Assembly (NCBI RefSeq): GCF_032444005.1
Contig: NC_091284.1
Location: 802,218,001-802,282,000, forward strand
Origin: Ranitomeya imitator
Lineage: Eukaryota
Direction: 5' to 3'
DNA length: 64,000 nucleotides
Shown here: positions 12,129 through 24,306 of the stretch, in pieces
Layout of the letters: every line of letters starts with the position of its first letter
How positions within the stretch are numbered: position 1 is the stretch's first letter
Notes under the pieces: model-generated
The model's database searches: none
What the model was told of the DNA's origin: nothing
The model's input: the letters and a program-made list of their open reading frames with translations, nothing else
Made by a program: the position numbers and the translations under genes

Positions 12129-13476
12129 GTGGCTGAGGAATCTTGTGCTAGCATGGATGTTCAGGAATTAGCTTCTCGTGTAGACCAGCTTGCTGCTAGG
12201 GTACAGGGTATTTCTGATTATATTGTTCAGACTCCTGCTTTAGAGCCGAAGATTCCTACTTTTGATTTGTTTTTTGGTGACAGGTCCAAATTTTTGAGTT
12301 TTAAAAACAACTGTAAACTGTTTTTTGCTCTCAGACCTCGATCCTCTGGTGATTCCATTCAGCAGGTTAAAATCATCATCTCCCTGCTGCGTGGCGATCC
12401 ACAGGATTGGGCATTTTCCCTGGAATCTGGGAATCCAGCTTTGCTTAATGTAGACTCCTTTTTTCAGGCTTTAGGATTATTATATGATGAACCTAATTCT
12501 GTGGATCAATGTTATGACCTGGTGGTTAAGAGGCCACACTGATATGACCTGGTGGCTAAAACGCAACATGGGACGAGCTCTGAGAAGGTGGTATCTCTAC
12601 TGACCGCAGTCCCTAATCCTAACAACAACACTAGAAATAGCCGTGGGATGTTCCTGACTCTCCCTAGACACCTCTTCACAGCCTAAGAAATAACTTTCCC
12701 TAAAGAAGGAAATAGAAAGCTATCTTGCCTCAGAGAAACCCCCAAAAGGAAAGATAGCCCCCCACAAATATTGACTGTGAATGGAGAGGGAAATAACGTA
12801 CATAGAAATGAAATCAGAATTCAGCAAAGGAGGCCAATACTAAACTAGATAGAGAGAAAAGGATACTGTGCGGTCAGTATAAAAACTACAAAATCCACGC
12901 AGAGATTACAAAAATGAACTCCACACCGAATCACGGTGTGGAGGGGCAAATCTGCTTTCCCAGAGCTTCCAGCTAGCCTGAATAAGACATAGTGACAAGC
13001 TGGACAAAAAGAGACATATTTGCAAAGCAATAGAGTCCAAACAAATGGACAAACAAAATCAAGCAAAAACTTATCTTTTGCAGACAAGGACTGGCCATAT
13101 GAAAATTCCAAGGAGAGAACCAAATCCAACAAAGAACATTGCTCTGGGCTTTAGTCCATGCCTGTTGTCAGGTTTAAATAACAAACCCAGGCAAGGCGAT
13201 CAGTGAAGGCAGCTGCTACAGCTACCTAAAGGAGCAGCAGTTCCACTCGAAACCACCAGAGGGAGCCCAAGGGCAGAACTCACAAAAATACCATTAGCAA
13301 CCACAAGAGGGAGCTCCAGAAGGGAATTCACAACAGATCAAGCGGAGAAGACCTTGTTGGCCCTGTCTCAGGGTCAGGAGGCGGCAGAATTGTATTGTCA
13401 GAAATTTAGAAAATGGTCTGTGTTGACTAAATGGAATGATGATGCTTTGGCGACAATTTTCAGAAAGGGTCTTTCT
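12129..13476 (+). pseudogene. Chromovirus gag N-terminal part, split by a solo LTR
   Basis: EPKIPTFDLFFGDRSKF..LLRGDPQDWAF..DEPNSVDQ|AEKTLLALSQGQEAAELYCQKF. Confidence 0.8.
12510..13335 (-). mobile_element. Solo LTR (chromovirus-related family)
   Basis: TGTTATG...CACAACA termini, 6-bp TSD GATCAA. Confidence 0.9.
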
Positions 13477-14300
13477 GGGCATTGATTTGTCTTTTTCTTC
13501 TGCATTTCATCCTCAGACAAATGGCCAGACCGAGCGAACTAATCAGACTTTGGAGACTTATTTGAGATGCTTTGTGTCTGCTGATCAGGATGATTGGGTG
13601 GCCTTCTTGCCATTGGCCGAGTTTGCCCTTAATAATCGGGCTAGTTCGGCTACTTTGGTTTCGCCTTTCTTTTGTAATTTTGGTTTTCATCCTCGTTTTT
13701 CTTCTGGGCAGGTTGAGCCTTCTGACTGTCCTGGTGTGGATTATGTGGTTGACAGGTTGCAGCAGATTTGGGCTCATGTGGTGGACAATTTGGTGTTGTC
13801 TCAGGAGGAGGCTCAACGTTTTGCTAACCGTCGTCGATGTGTTGGTTCCTGGCTTCGGGTTGGGGATCTGGTCTGGTTGTCTTCCCATCATGTTCCTATG
13901 AAGGTTTCTTCCCCTAAGTTTAAGCCTCGGTTTATTGGTCCTTATAGGATTTCTGGGATTATTAATCCCGTGTCTTTTCGATTGGCGCTTCCGGCCTCTT
14001 TTGCTATCCATAATGTCTTCCATAGATCTTTATTGTGGAAATATGTGGTGCCCGTTGTTCCCTCTGTTGATCCTCCGGCCCCTGTGTTGGCTGATGGAGA
14101 GTTGGAGTATGTGGTTGAGAAGATTTTGGATTCTCCTATTTCGAGGCAGAGGCTTCAATACCTTGTCAAATGGAAGGGTTATGGCCAGGAGGATAATTCT
14201 TGGGTTTTTCCCTCTGATGTCCATGCTGCTGATTTGGTCCGTGCCTTTCATCTGGCTCGTCCTGATGGCTCTGGTGAGGGTTTGGTGACCCCTCCTCAAG
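13477..14300 (+). pseudogene. Integrase C-terminal core, GPY/F motif and chromodomain
   Basis: SAFHPQTNGQTERTNQTLE, FIGPYRI, EYVVEKILDS...QYLVKWKGYGQEDNSWV. Confidence 0.9.
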
Positions 14301-15111
14301 GGGGGGTACTGTTGTGAATTCTGCTTTTGGGTTCCCTCCGGTGGTTGTAGGTGGTAATGCAGTTGTCCCTGAGTGGCAGTCCTGGTCAGGTGTTTCTGCT
14401 GATTGCAGTTCTGACTGGGGTATTTAGGTGTGCAGGATTCATTAGTCCTTGCCAGTTGTCCATTGTTCTGGGAGGTTTTGGATCTTTGTCTGGTTCCTCC
14501 TGCCTGGCTGCCAAATCAGCAAAGATAAGTGTCTGTTTTTTTGTTTCTGTGGCACACATGCTGTGTCCATAATTATTCAGTGCTATTCTTTTGTTTTCTC
14601 TTTTCCAGCTTAGATTGTGTCAGTGTTTTCTCAGTCTTGTTGGATTCTCAGGAGATGCAGATATACGTTCCACATCTTTAGTTAGATGGTGGAATTTTTT
14701 GTATTATCTGCTGTGGATATTTTTTGGAAGGGTTTTAATACTGACCGCTTAGTATTCTGTCCTATCCTTTCCTATCTAGATAGAGTGGCTTCTTTTGCTA
14801 AATCCTGTTTCCTGCCTGCGTGTGCCTTTCCTCTACTACTCACAGTCAATATTTGTGGGGGGCTGCCTATCCTTTGGGGTTCTGCTCTGAGGCAAGGTAG
14901 AATTCCTATTTCTATCTATAGGGGTATTTAGTCCTCCGGCTGTGTCGAGGTGTCTAGGATTTGTTAGGCACACCCCACGGCTACTTCTAGTTGCGGTGTT
15001 AAGTTCAGGATTTGCTGTCAGTATAGTTTCCACCAACTCCAGAGAAAGTTTCATGCGGCTCCAAGGTCACCGGATCATAACAGAGCCCCTTTCATTTCTT
15101 GGAAGGCTGAC

Positions 15112-16631
15112 TGTTGTGAATTCTGTTGTCGGGCTCCCTCCTGTGGTCATGAATGGTACTTCGGCTGGTTCTGTCCATGGACTTCCTCTGGTGGGTGTTT
15201 GAGTTTCCTTTCACAGGTGACGAGGTTAATTCGTTAGCTGCTGCTCTAACTCCACTTCGATCTTTGCTCCACGCCACCTGTCAATGTTCCAGTATTGGTC
15301 TAGTTCACTCCTGGATCGTTCTTGTGACCTGTCTTCCCATCAGAAGCTAAGTTCCAGCTTGTATTTCTTTGGTTTGCTATTTTTCTGTCCAGCTTGCTAT
15401 TTAATTTGTTGTCTTGCTTGCTGGAAGCTCTGGGACGCAGAGGGAGCGCCTCCGCACCGTGAGTCGGTGCGGAGGGTCTTTTTGCGCCCTCTGCGTGGTC
15501 TTTTTGTAGGTTTTTGTGCTGACCGCAAAGTAACCTTTCCTATCCTCGGTCTGTTCAGTAAGTCGGGCCTCACTTTGCTTAACCTATTTCATCTCTGTGT
15601 TTGTATTTTCATCTTTACTCACAGTCATTATTTGTGGGGGGCTGTTGTGAGTTCTGTTTTTGTGCTCCCTCTGGTGGTTACTGATGGTACTGGGTGACTT
15701 GTGTTCTCTGCGGTCTCTGGTGTCCACCTGTTCTATCAGGTTATGGGAGTTTCCTATTTAACCTGGCTTTTTTGTCATTTCCTCGCCGGCTATCAATGTA
15801 ATCAGCGTGTCTTTTTACCTCTGCTCCCTGCGTCTGTTATCTTCAGGACAAGCTAAGTTTTGATTTTCCTGTTCCACGTTTTGCTTAATTTTTGTCTTAG
15901 TCCAGCTTGCAGATATGCGATTCCTTGCTGCTGGTTGCTCTAGTGGGCTGAAATTACTCCTCATGTTCCATGAGTTGGCACATGAGTTCAAGTAATTTCA
16001 GGATGTTCACTTTTGTATCCTCTGCTATCTAGCTTTAGCGGGCCTCATTTTTGCTGATTCTATTTTCATAACTACGTATGTGCTTTCCTCTCATTTCACC
16101 GTTATTACATGTGGGGGGCTGCTATTTCTGTGGGGTGTTTCTCTGGAGGCAAGTGAGGTCTGTGTTTCTTCTAATAGGGGAAGTTAATCCTTCGGCTGGC
16201 GCGAGACGTCTAGGAATCATCGTAGGCACGTTCCCCGGCTACTGCTAGTTGTGTGTTTAGGTTCAGGATCGCGGTCAGCTCAGGTTCCATCACCCTAGAG
16301 CTGGTTTTGTTTTTGTGCTTGTCCTTTTGTGATCCCCTGCCATTGGGATCATGACAGGGGGCTGCCTTTTCCTTTGGGGAATTTCTCTGAGGCAAGGTAG
16401 GCTTTATTTTCCTATCTTCAGGGCTAGCTAGTTTCTTAGGCTGTGCCGAGTTGCATAGGGAGCGTTAGGCGCAATCCACGGCTATTTCTAGTGTGGTTGA
16501 TAGGTTTAGGGATTGCGGTCAGCAGAGTTCCCACGTCCCAGAGCTCGTCCTTTATTATCAGTAACTATCAGGTCATTCCGTGTGCTCTTAACCACCAGGT
16601 CCATTATTGTCCTGACCACCAGGTCATAACA
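15112..16631 (+). mobile_element. Solo LTR (15112-15642 + 16363-16631) carrying a second solo LTR
   Basis: TGTTGTG...CATAACA, 6-bp TSD GCTGAC. The rejoined sequence is similar to the LTR at 46960-47768. Confidence 0.85.
15643..16356 (+). mobile_element. Solo LTR nested inside a solo LTR
   Basis: TGTTGTGAG...CATGACA, 6-bp TSD GGGGGC (15637-15642, 16357-16362). Confidence 0.85.
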
Positions 16632-17624
16632 GCTGACTGTCTCTTTGGACCATTTAACCATTACTGATTTTGTCCCCTTTAGCAGATCAGTCAGAGGCGC
16701 AGCCACCATGGCAAAGTTTGGGATGAACCTCATGTCATATCCCACGATCCCCAGAAAGGCTTTAACTTGTTTTTTGTAGAGTGGTTTTGGCCATGTTTTA
16801 ATTGTCTCCACTTTATGGATTTGGGGCTTTATTTCTCCACGTCCCACTACATATCCTAGGTACTTAGCTTCTTCCTTACCCAAGGCACACTTCTTCGGGT
16901 TTATTGTAAACCCCGCCTCCCTTCGAGCATCAAACACCACTTGGACTTTTTCCAGATGACTCTCCCAGTCCGGGCTAAAGATGACAATATCATCCAGGTA
17001 CGCAGCAGCGTATGGCTTATGGGGTGCAAGGATTCTATCCATAGCCCTCTGGAAGGTCGCTGGAGCTCCCTGTAGGCCAAATGGCATCCGGACATACTGG
17101 AAGCATCCATTTGGTGTAGAAAACGCAGTCTTGTCCTTGGCTTCCTGTGGCTTGGGGATCTGCCAATACTCCTTCGTCAAATCCAAGGTGGTTATATACC
17201 TGGCGTGCCCAAGTCTTTCGATGAGCTCATCAACGCGGGGCATGGGATATGCGTCGAACTTGGAGACCTCATTCAACTTCCGATAGTCGTTGCAAAACCT
17301 CCACTCCCCATCAGGTTTTGGGACCAGGACAATTGGGCTCAACCAACTGCTCTTGGATTCCTCAATGACTCCAAGCTTCAACATGCGCTCCACCTCCTTG
17401 GAGATTACTTCTCGACGGGCCTCAGGAATTTGATAGGGCTTCACGTTCACCCGCACATTTGGATCTGTCAGGACCTCGTGCTCTATGACCTTCGTGCACC
17501 CTGGCAACTCTGAAAACAGGTCCCTGTTCTTCTGGAGTAACTCCCGGCACTGCCGTTTCTGGGCCTTCGATAGCGTCTCTGCTATAGTAACCCCTCCAAC
17601 CTCACCTTCTGGGTGGCCCAGCAA
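16632..17624 (-). pseudogene. Reverse transcriptase of the Gmr1-like pol
   Basis: WRFCNDYRKLN, TTLDLTK, MPFGLQGAPATFQ, YLDDIVIFS. Confidence 0.92.
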
Positions 17625-17689
17625 AGATGGAGTTACTGCCGGCTCTCTATCTTGCCATGGCTTGATGAGGTTGACATGGTAAACTTGGA

Positions 17690-18790
17690 TTGGTTTCAGT
17701 CTTCCTGGTTGATGAATTTTATAGTTTACCTCACCAAGCTTCTAGACCACCTCATATTGCCCTTGCCATTTGGCCAAGAACTTGCTCTCCACCGTCGGAA
17801 CTAACACAAGAACTCGGTCTCTCGGATTGAACTGCCTAACTCTTGCAGACCGGTTGTAGACCCTAACCTGATCTTCTTGTGCCTGGTGGCGGTGTTCTTT
17901 CACAATCGGCATCACCTTTGCAATCCTCTGCTGCATCAGGGCCACATGCTCAATGACGCTTCTGTGGGGCGTAACTTCGGCTTCCCAGGTTTCCTTGGCT
18001 ATATCCAGGAGACCTCGCGGATGTCGGCCATATAGAAGCTCAAACGGTGAGAACCCTGTGGAGGCCTGTGGAACTTCACAAATGAAAAACATCAGCTATG
18101 GTAAGAGACAGTCCCAGTCTCTACAGTCTCTCTCTATAGCTTTTCTCAGCATGCTCTTCAGTGTCTTGTTAAATCTCTCAACAAGGCCATCCGACTGAGG
18201 ATGGTACACCGAAGTCCTCAACTGGGAGATCTTCAGGGCTTTGCATAACTCCCTCATCACCTTGCTCATGAAAGGTGTCCCCTGGTCAGTCAGGATCTCC
18301 TTCGGCAGACCTGTCCGGGAAAACACATGGACCAACTCACGGGCTATACTTTTCGAGGAAGAATTTCTCAGGGGAATTGCCTCAGGGTAGCGTGTGGCAT
18401 AGTCCAGAATGACTAGTACTGTATATACCGATGGCCCCGGGCTGATTTAACTAAGGGACTGACCAAGTCCATGGCAATTCTATCGAATGGCACCTCAATA
18501 ATGGGCAATGGCACAAGGGGGCTCTGGAAATGAGAAGTGGGGGCAGTTAGCTGACATGTAGGGCTGGACCTGCAATAGTTCACTATTTCCCGGTGACACC
18601 CAGGCCAATAGAACCTCTGCACAACCCGTTCCTGCATTTTTCCACCCCTAGGTGTCCACCCAAGTTATGTGAATGGGCCATGTCCAACACCTTCCGTCTA
18701 TATGGACCCGGCACTACCAACTGCTCTACCAACTCCTCCCTTATTTCCATGACCCGGTACAACAACTCCCCACTCATCAGAAAATAGGGA
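17690..18790 (-). pseudogene. Integrase of the Gmr1-like pol (upstream of RT)
   Basis: AHSHNLGGHLG, IEVPFDRIAMDLV, LTDQGTPF, VYHPQSDGLVERFNKTLK, KWQGQYEV; frameshifted. Confidence 0.88.
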
Positions 18791-18943
18791 AATCTTGTGT
18801 CTGCCCCGACTCCTGTACAACCCCATTAATAACTGACATTATTAAAGGCTTCCCTCAGAGTGGGGTCCCTATGTTGGGCAGTCTCAAAATTTTCTCCGGT
18901 CACCCCTAACTCCAGAATGTCAGATGCAGGGGACACTTCCTCC

Positions 18944-20300
18944 TCATCCTCTACCAGGACACAAAAAGGAAACCTGTCTGTCTGTCTCTGGGTGTGGCGA
19001 TACCTTTTTAGGGTTCATTGGTTCCCTACTCTTGCTAGGGAACTCAGAACCCTTTCCCCACAAATTCCAAAACAAACAGAAATACCGGCCAATAATTATA
19101 GGGTGCAACAAGTCCCGAACGACGCCGACTTCATGGGACTCAGTGCCACACGCCGTTTCAATATCCACCCTGGCCATAGGGTAGTCCTTTGCATCACCAT
19201 GTATGCACCGCACGCCAACCTTCTTTCCCGGGATCAGGTGGAGAGGAAAAGTGGCCCTCACCAGTGTCACTAAGCTCCCCGAGTCTAACAGCGCCGTTAC
19301 TGCTCGACCGTTCACCTTTACAGGACACACTTGAGGCACCTCGTTGGGCGGAGAGTTCACACTGCAGTCTGGATATGCATAGTATGAACTACAGCATCCC
19401 ATGCTGCAGTCCATCTGCTCAGTGGTCTGGGAACAATGGGCAGCTATATGTCCTGGCCTGTGGCACCTCCAGCAAATAATATCCCCCATAGGGACCTTGG
19501 AAACCACCTCCCCCGCCCTTTGTGACCTTGGACGCCCCACCCCTTTTTGGGACTCAGCCCCCTTCTGGGACCCCCAGTATGGCATGGGCTGCCTCCCGAA
19601 GGAGCCTTCCATCCCTTGGTATCTCTCGACCAGTCTGATCAGCTCATCGGCATTCTGGGGATCACCCTGGGCAAACCAAATCTGTATGGACCTTGGGAGG
19701 GAATGCACAAACCGATCCATCACCACTCATTTTATCATCTGTGCAGGTGTAGAGGACTGTAGCCATTTCTGGACCAGGTGCAACAGGTCAAATATTTGGG
19801 AGTGAGGCGGTTTGTCCCGGTGATAGGCCCAGCAGTGAATTCGCTGTGCCCTTAGAGTATGTGTCCACGTTCAGGATTGCATCAGGATTTGGTCAGGATT
19901 TTTCATCAGTATTTGTAAGCCAAAACCAGGAGTGGGTGATAAATGCAGAACTGGTGCATATGTTTCTATTATACTTTTCCTCTAATTGTTCCACTCCTGG
20001 TTTTGGCTTACAAATACTGATGAAAAATCCTGACCAAATCCTGATGCAATCCTGAACGTGGACACATACCCTAACAGTCAGTGTCACCCTCAAACATGTG
20101 AGAATCTCGGCTTTCAGTTTGTGATACTCCTTGGCATCCTGCAAGGTCAAGTCATAGTACGCCTTCTGGGGTTCTCCTGTCAGGTATGGCGCCAGTACCT
20201 CTGCCCACTGCTCTGGCGGAAGTTTTTCCCTCTCAGCGACCCTCTCAAACACCGTCATCCCCAGGGGTCATTTTCTGCAATGCGCATCTTACCATCTTCC
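18944..20300 (-). pseudogene. Gmr1-like gag (SCAN-like region, CCHC knuckle) and protease, split by a MITE
   Basis: EQWAEVLAPYLTGEPQKAYYDL, MDRFVHSLP, CWRCHRPGHIAAHC, ALLDSGS. Confidence 0.85.
19855..20071. mobile_element. Harbinger-like MITE in Gmr1 gag
   Basis: TIR G(A/G)GTATGTGTCCACGTTCAGG; flanks TTA/TAA. Removal restores TLTVRAQRIHCW. Confidence 0.8.
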
Positions 20301-20565
20301 GGACATGGGTGTCATCAGCCAGACCTGGGGTTGGGGCACTCGTCCTGCCCTGGATGGCAGTTGCCAGAAGCTGCATCTGCTGCCATTGCTCCTGCTGGCT
20401 CTGTTGTGTCTGCTGCAGCAACAGCCAGTTGGTCTCTTGCTGCTATGACTGCGACTGGACCAAGTGTTTCAGAAGGTCCTCCATTTTCCCTGGCAATGCT
20501 TGCTGGCTTGCAACAGACTTGACCCAGGACATTCAATAACAGACTTACGTCTCTGCTGGGAACCC

Positions 20566-20583
20566 TGCCCGCATTCTCCACCA
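20566..20583 (-). other. Primer-binding site complementary to the tRNA-Ala 3' end
   Basis: Plus strand TGCCCGCATTCTCCACCA, 2 nt from the 5' LTR; matches the vertebrate tRNA-Ala(AGC) 3' end plus CCA as recalled. Confidence 0.75.
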
Positions 20584-20585
20584 AT

Positions 20586-21071
20586 TGTAGGGGTTGTACT
20601 CGCTCAGGTGCAACGGCTGACACTCATGAGGCATGTTCCATTAAAAGTTCACAGGGTTTATTGCTCCATAAACCATACATAGTAAATAACAGAACACAAA
20701 TAGCCTTTAGCTCAGGAAAAGAAAACAAGTGTCCAGTCCTTCGGCTGTCCTGCAGCCTTAACACACTCTGGAGGCTTTCACCTCTACACACACACACACC
20801 TGTGTTAAATCTATAAAAGAAAGACTAATGCTTAACTACACCCAGGAACCCATCACATGATTAAACATGTGGTTATGACATCACCACAGGTCCTGAAACA
20901 CATATAGATAGGCATGGTTATGCCTCTTACCCAGGGGTGAGGTATATGGGTAGTCAGACCCTCTCATTGCTGTATGTGCATCAAAGAAAACACTCCGGGT
21001 TACATTACAGCGACAAGCCACCTATGCGACACATACCTCCCGTCGACTATACAACCTTTAGCAACGCTACA
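20586..21071 (-). repeat. 5' LTR of the Gmr1-like element
   Basis: Homologous to 10308-10790, adjacent to the PBS. Confidence 0.9.
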
Positions 21072-21075
21072 CTAC

Positions 21076-22630
21076 ATATAAGAAAATCCCATCTGACCCC
21101 ACTCCTACCATCAAAGCACAGATTAACTCAGTTCTTCACAAATATCAATCCCTCAATACAATGGATTCCAAGACGGCGACTTTTCTCACCAATCCTCATC
21201 CTGTTACTCCTGTTATATATACACACACTCTACCCAAAATCCACAAGTCCCTCATGAAACCTCCTGGTGGACAGATTGTCGCCTCCACTGATTCTATTCT
21301 GGCCCCCATTTCCATCCATTTAGAAAAGATACTCCCCCCACTGACTAGGAAAATGGGTTAATTTATCCTTCATACAGACCATTTTCTCCAAGCCTTGAAA
21401 CAATTCTCCCCCACCCAGCATAAAAAGTTTATATACCTCCATCAAACATGACTTAAGGTACCTTCACACTGACCAACTTAACAACGATATCGCTAGCGAT
21501 CCGTGACGTTGCAGCGTCCTGGCTAGCGATATCGTTGTGTTTGACACGCAGCAGCGATCTAGATCCTGCTGTGACATCGTTGGTCGGAGCAGAAAGGCCA
21601 GAACTTTATTTCGTCGCTGGATCTCCGGCAGACATCGCTGAATCTGCGTGTGTGACGCCGATTCAGCGATGTCTTCACTGGTAACCAGGGTAAACATCGG
21701 GTTACTAAGCGCAGGGCTGCGCTTAGTAACCCGATGTTTACCCTGGTTACCAGTGTAAATGTAAAAAAACAAACACTACATACTTAAATTACGATGTCGG
21801 TCGCGTCCCCTGTCGTTCTGCTTCCCTGCACTGTCAGCGCCGGCTGGCCGTAAAGCAGAGCACAGTGATGATGTCACCGCTCTGCTTTACGGCCGGCGCT
21901 TACAGTGCAGGGAAGCAGAACGACGGGGGACGCGACAGACACAGGAATGTAAGTATGTAGTGTTTGTTTTTTTACATTTACACTGGTAACCAGGGTAAAC
22001 ATCGGGTTACTAAGCGCGGTCCTGCGCTTAGTAACCCGATGTTTACCCTGGTTACCAGGGGACTCCGGCATCGTTGTTCGCTGGAGAGCTGTCTGTGTGA
22101 CAGCTCTCCAGCGACCAAACAGCGACGCTGCAGCGATCGGCATCGTTGTCTTGATCTCTGCAGCATCGCTAAATGTGACGGTACCTTTAGGCCTACAGGC
22201 GGTGGGTGATCTTCAGCAGTCTGAGTTCTCTGGTAATTCTAGACATCTATGCCTGGATCTCCTATCTTTGATCCTACACAACAATTTTTTTCTTTTCGGT
22301 GACCAACATTATCTGCAGACCTAGGGCACCGCTATGGGTGTCAACGTAGCTCCGGCATGCGCTTTTATATGAATGCCTATGAACATGCGTATATCTATGA
22401 CAACCCTTTTTCAAACCCATAGTCTATGTTGGCTTAGTTACATAGACGATATTTTTTGTCTATGGACAGACCCCCATGATACCCTACTTATCTTCACGGA
22501 ATACCTCAACTCTATTCTGCCGGAACTTCAATTTACACTGAATTGTGACCCAACACATCATTTCTGGATACTTTGGTCATCAGGGAGCCCAATGGCTCTC
22601 ACCACTGATGTTTTCTCTAAACCAACAGAC
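21076..22630 (+). pseudogene. Penelope-like RT core (split by a MITE)
   Basis: LPKIHKSL..PPG..IVAS, IKHDL|GLQAVG, YLQT*GTAMG, YIDDIFCLW, TTDVFSKPTD. Confidence 0.88.
21456..22186. mobile_element. AGGTACC-family MITE
   Basis: TIRs AGGTACC...GGTACCT, TSD TTA/TTA. Confidence 0.9.
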
Positions 22631-23057
22631 TAAGGGTATGTTTCCACGTACAGGATTGCATCAGGATTTGACGCAGGTAAAATCTGCACCAAATCTGTAC
22701 CTGAGGTCACTGGCAGGTCACCTGCATTTTTTTCATGCGTTTGACGCATCAAAAAACACGTTTTTTTTTTTCATGTGAATTTGTGTGTTTTTGTAAGCTC
22801 AATAAAGATATACAAAAAAAAATGTTTTATGTAACTTCTTGTCCAACCTTCATTTACATACTCCAATGAAGAATATACACGCACAGCTAGATAGATTGAT
22901 AGATACGTTAGATGAATACAATAGATCAGTGTAAGGATTTCCTTATTGCACAGGCCATTAAATGCTTGCCTGTCCAAGTGATGCAACTATCACCTGTGCA
23001 ATACTAAGGAAATCCTGAAAACATGACCTGTTGGTGGCTCTTGAGGACCGGACTTGG

Positions 23058-24300
23058 GGAACACTGCAATAGATGGATAGATATTTAGATACGATAGATA
23101 GATCCATAGATAGATCCGATACATATCTATCGTATCTATCTATGGTATCTATCGATATATTTATAGATAGATACATCGGTAGATAATAGATAGATATATC
23201 TATATATAGATATATCGATAGATATATTGATAGATAGATATATTGATAAATAGATAGATAAATAGATAGAGATAGATGGATACAATAGATAGATGCGATA
23301 GTAATCTATCATATCTATCTATCTATCTATTGTATCCATCTATTGTATCTATCACATCTATCTATTGTATCCATCTATCGATATATCGATCTATAAATAT
23401 ATCCAACTATATATAGATACAGTACAGACCAAAAGTTTGGACACACCTTCTCATTTAATGATTTTTCTGTATTTTCATGACTATGATAATTGTAAATTCA
23501 CACTGAAAGCATCAAAACTATGAATTAACACATGTGGAATTATATACTTAACAAAAAAGTGTGAAACAACTGAAAATATGTCTTATATTCTAGGTTCTTC
23601 AAAGTAGCCACCTTTTGCTTTGATGACTGCTTTGCACACTCTTGGCATTGTCTTGATGAGCTTCAAGAGGTAGTCACTGGGAATGGTCTTCCAAGAATCT
23701 TGAAGGAGTTCCCAGAGATGCTTAGCACTTGTTGGCCCTTTTGCCTTCACTCTGCGGTCCAGCTCACCCCAAAACATCTCGATTGGGTTCCGGTCTGGCC
23801 AGGTCATCTGGCATAGCACCCCATCACTCTCCTTCTTGATCAAATAGCACTTACACAGTCTGGAGGTGTGTTTGGGGTCATTGTCCTGTTGAAAAATAAA
23901 TGATGGTCCAGCTAAACGCAAACGGGATGGAATAGCATGCCGCTGCAAGATGCTGTGGTAGCCATGCTGGTTCAGTATGCCTTCAATTTTAAATAAATCC
24001 CCAACAGCAAAGCACCCCCACACCATTACACCTCCTCCTCCATGCTTCACGGTGGGAACCAGGCATGTAGAGTCCATCCGTTCACCTTTTCTGCGTCACA
24101 CAAAGACACGGTGGTGATGCCTTCGTTGTGAATTTACAATTTTCATAGTCATGAAAATACAGAAAAATCTTTAAATGAGAAGGTGTGCCCAAACTTTTGG
24201 TCTGTACTGTATATTGATAGATCAATAGATAGATAATAGATAAATAGATAGATACGATAGATAGATAAATAGATGACTGATAGAGACGATAGATGATACG
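23058..24300. repeat. Degenerate (GATA)n/(TATC)n microsatellite, interrupted by a Tc1 derivative
   Basis: gata/tatc runs at 23058-23419 and 24212-24300. Confidence 0.85.
23420..24209 (-). mobile_element. Internally deleted Tc1/mariner element retaining the C-terminal transposase half (23583-24077)
   Basis: TIR CAGTACAGACCAAAAGTTTGG at both ends, TA TSD; [32 protein letters not shown]. Confidence 0.9.
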
Positions 24301-24306
24301 AGAGAT

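Larger units (their letters stand above)
11256..15082 (+). mobile_element. Internally deleted chromodomain Gypsy (Tf1/sushi-type) LTR retrotransposon
   Basis: LTRs 11256-12019 and 14310-15082, PPT AAGGGGGGG at 14298-14306, 6-bp TSD GAGCCC. Partial gag fused to the integrase C-terminus. Confidence 0.9.
10308..21071 (-). mobile_element. Gmr1-like Ty3/Gypsy LTR retrotransposon (gag-PR-IN-RT-RH), decayed, with nested insertions
   Basis: Two LTRs (TGT...ACA), 4-bp TSD CTAC (10304-10307, 21072-21075), PBS and PPT. Removing it restores the PLE reading DITTYKK. Confidence 0.92.

Noticed and set aside
11250-16637. Alternative reading: LTRs end in CTG...CAG with 4-bp TSDs
   Set aside because: It fits four insertions, but the one at 12510 is preceded by A and duplicates GATCAA in full, which supports 6-bp TSDs.
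20566-20583. tRNA-Ala gene
   Set aside because: Only the 18-nt 3' end is present, next to an LTR; it is a primer-binding site.
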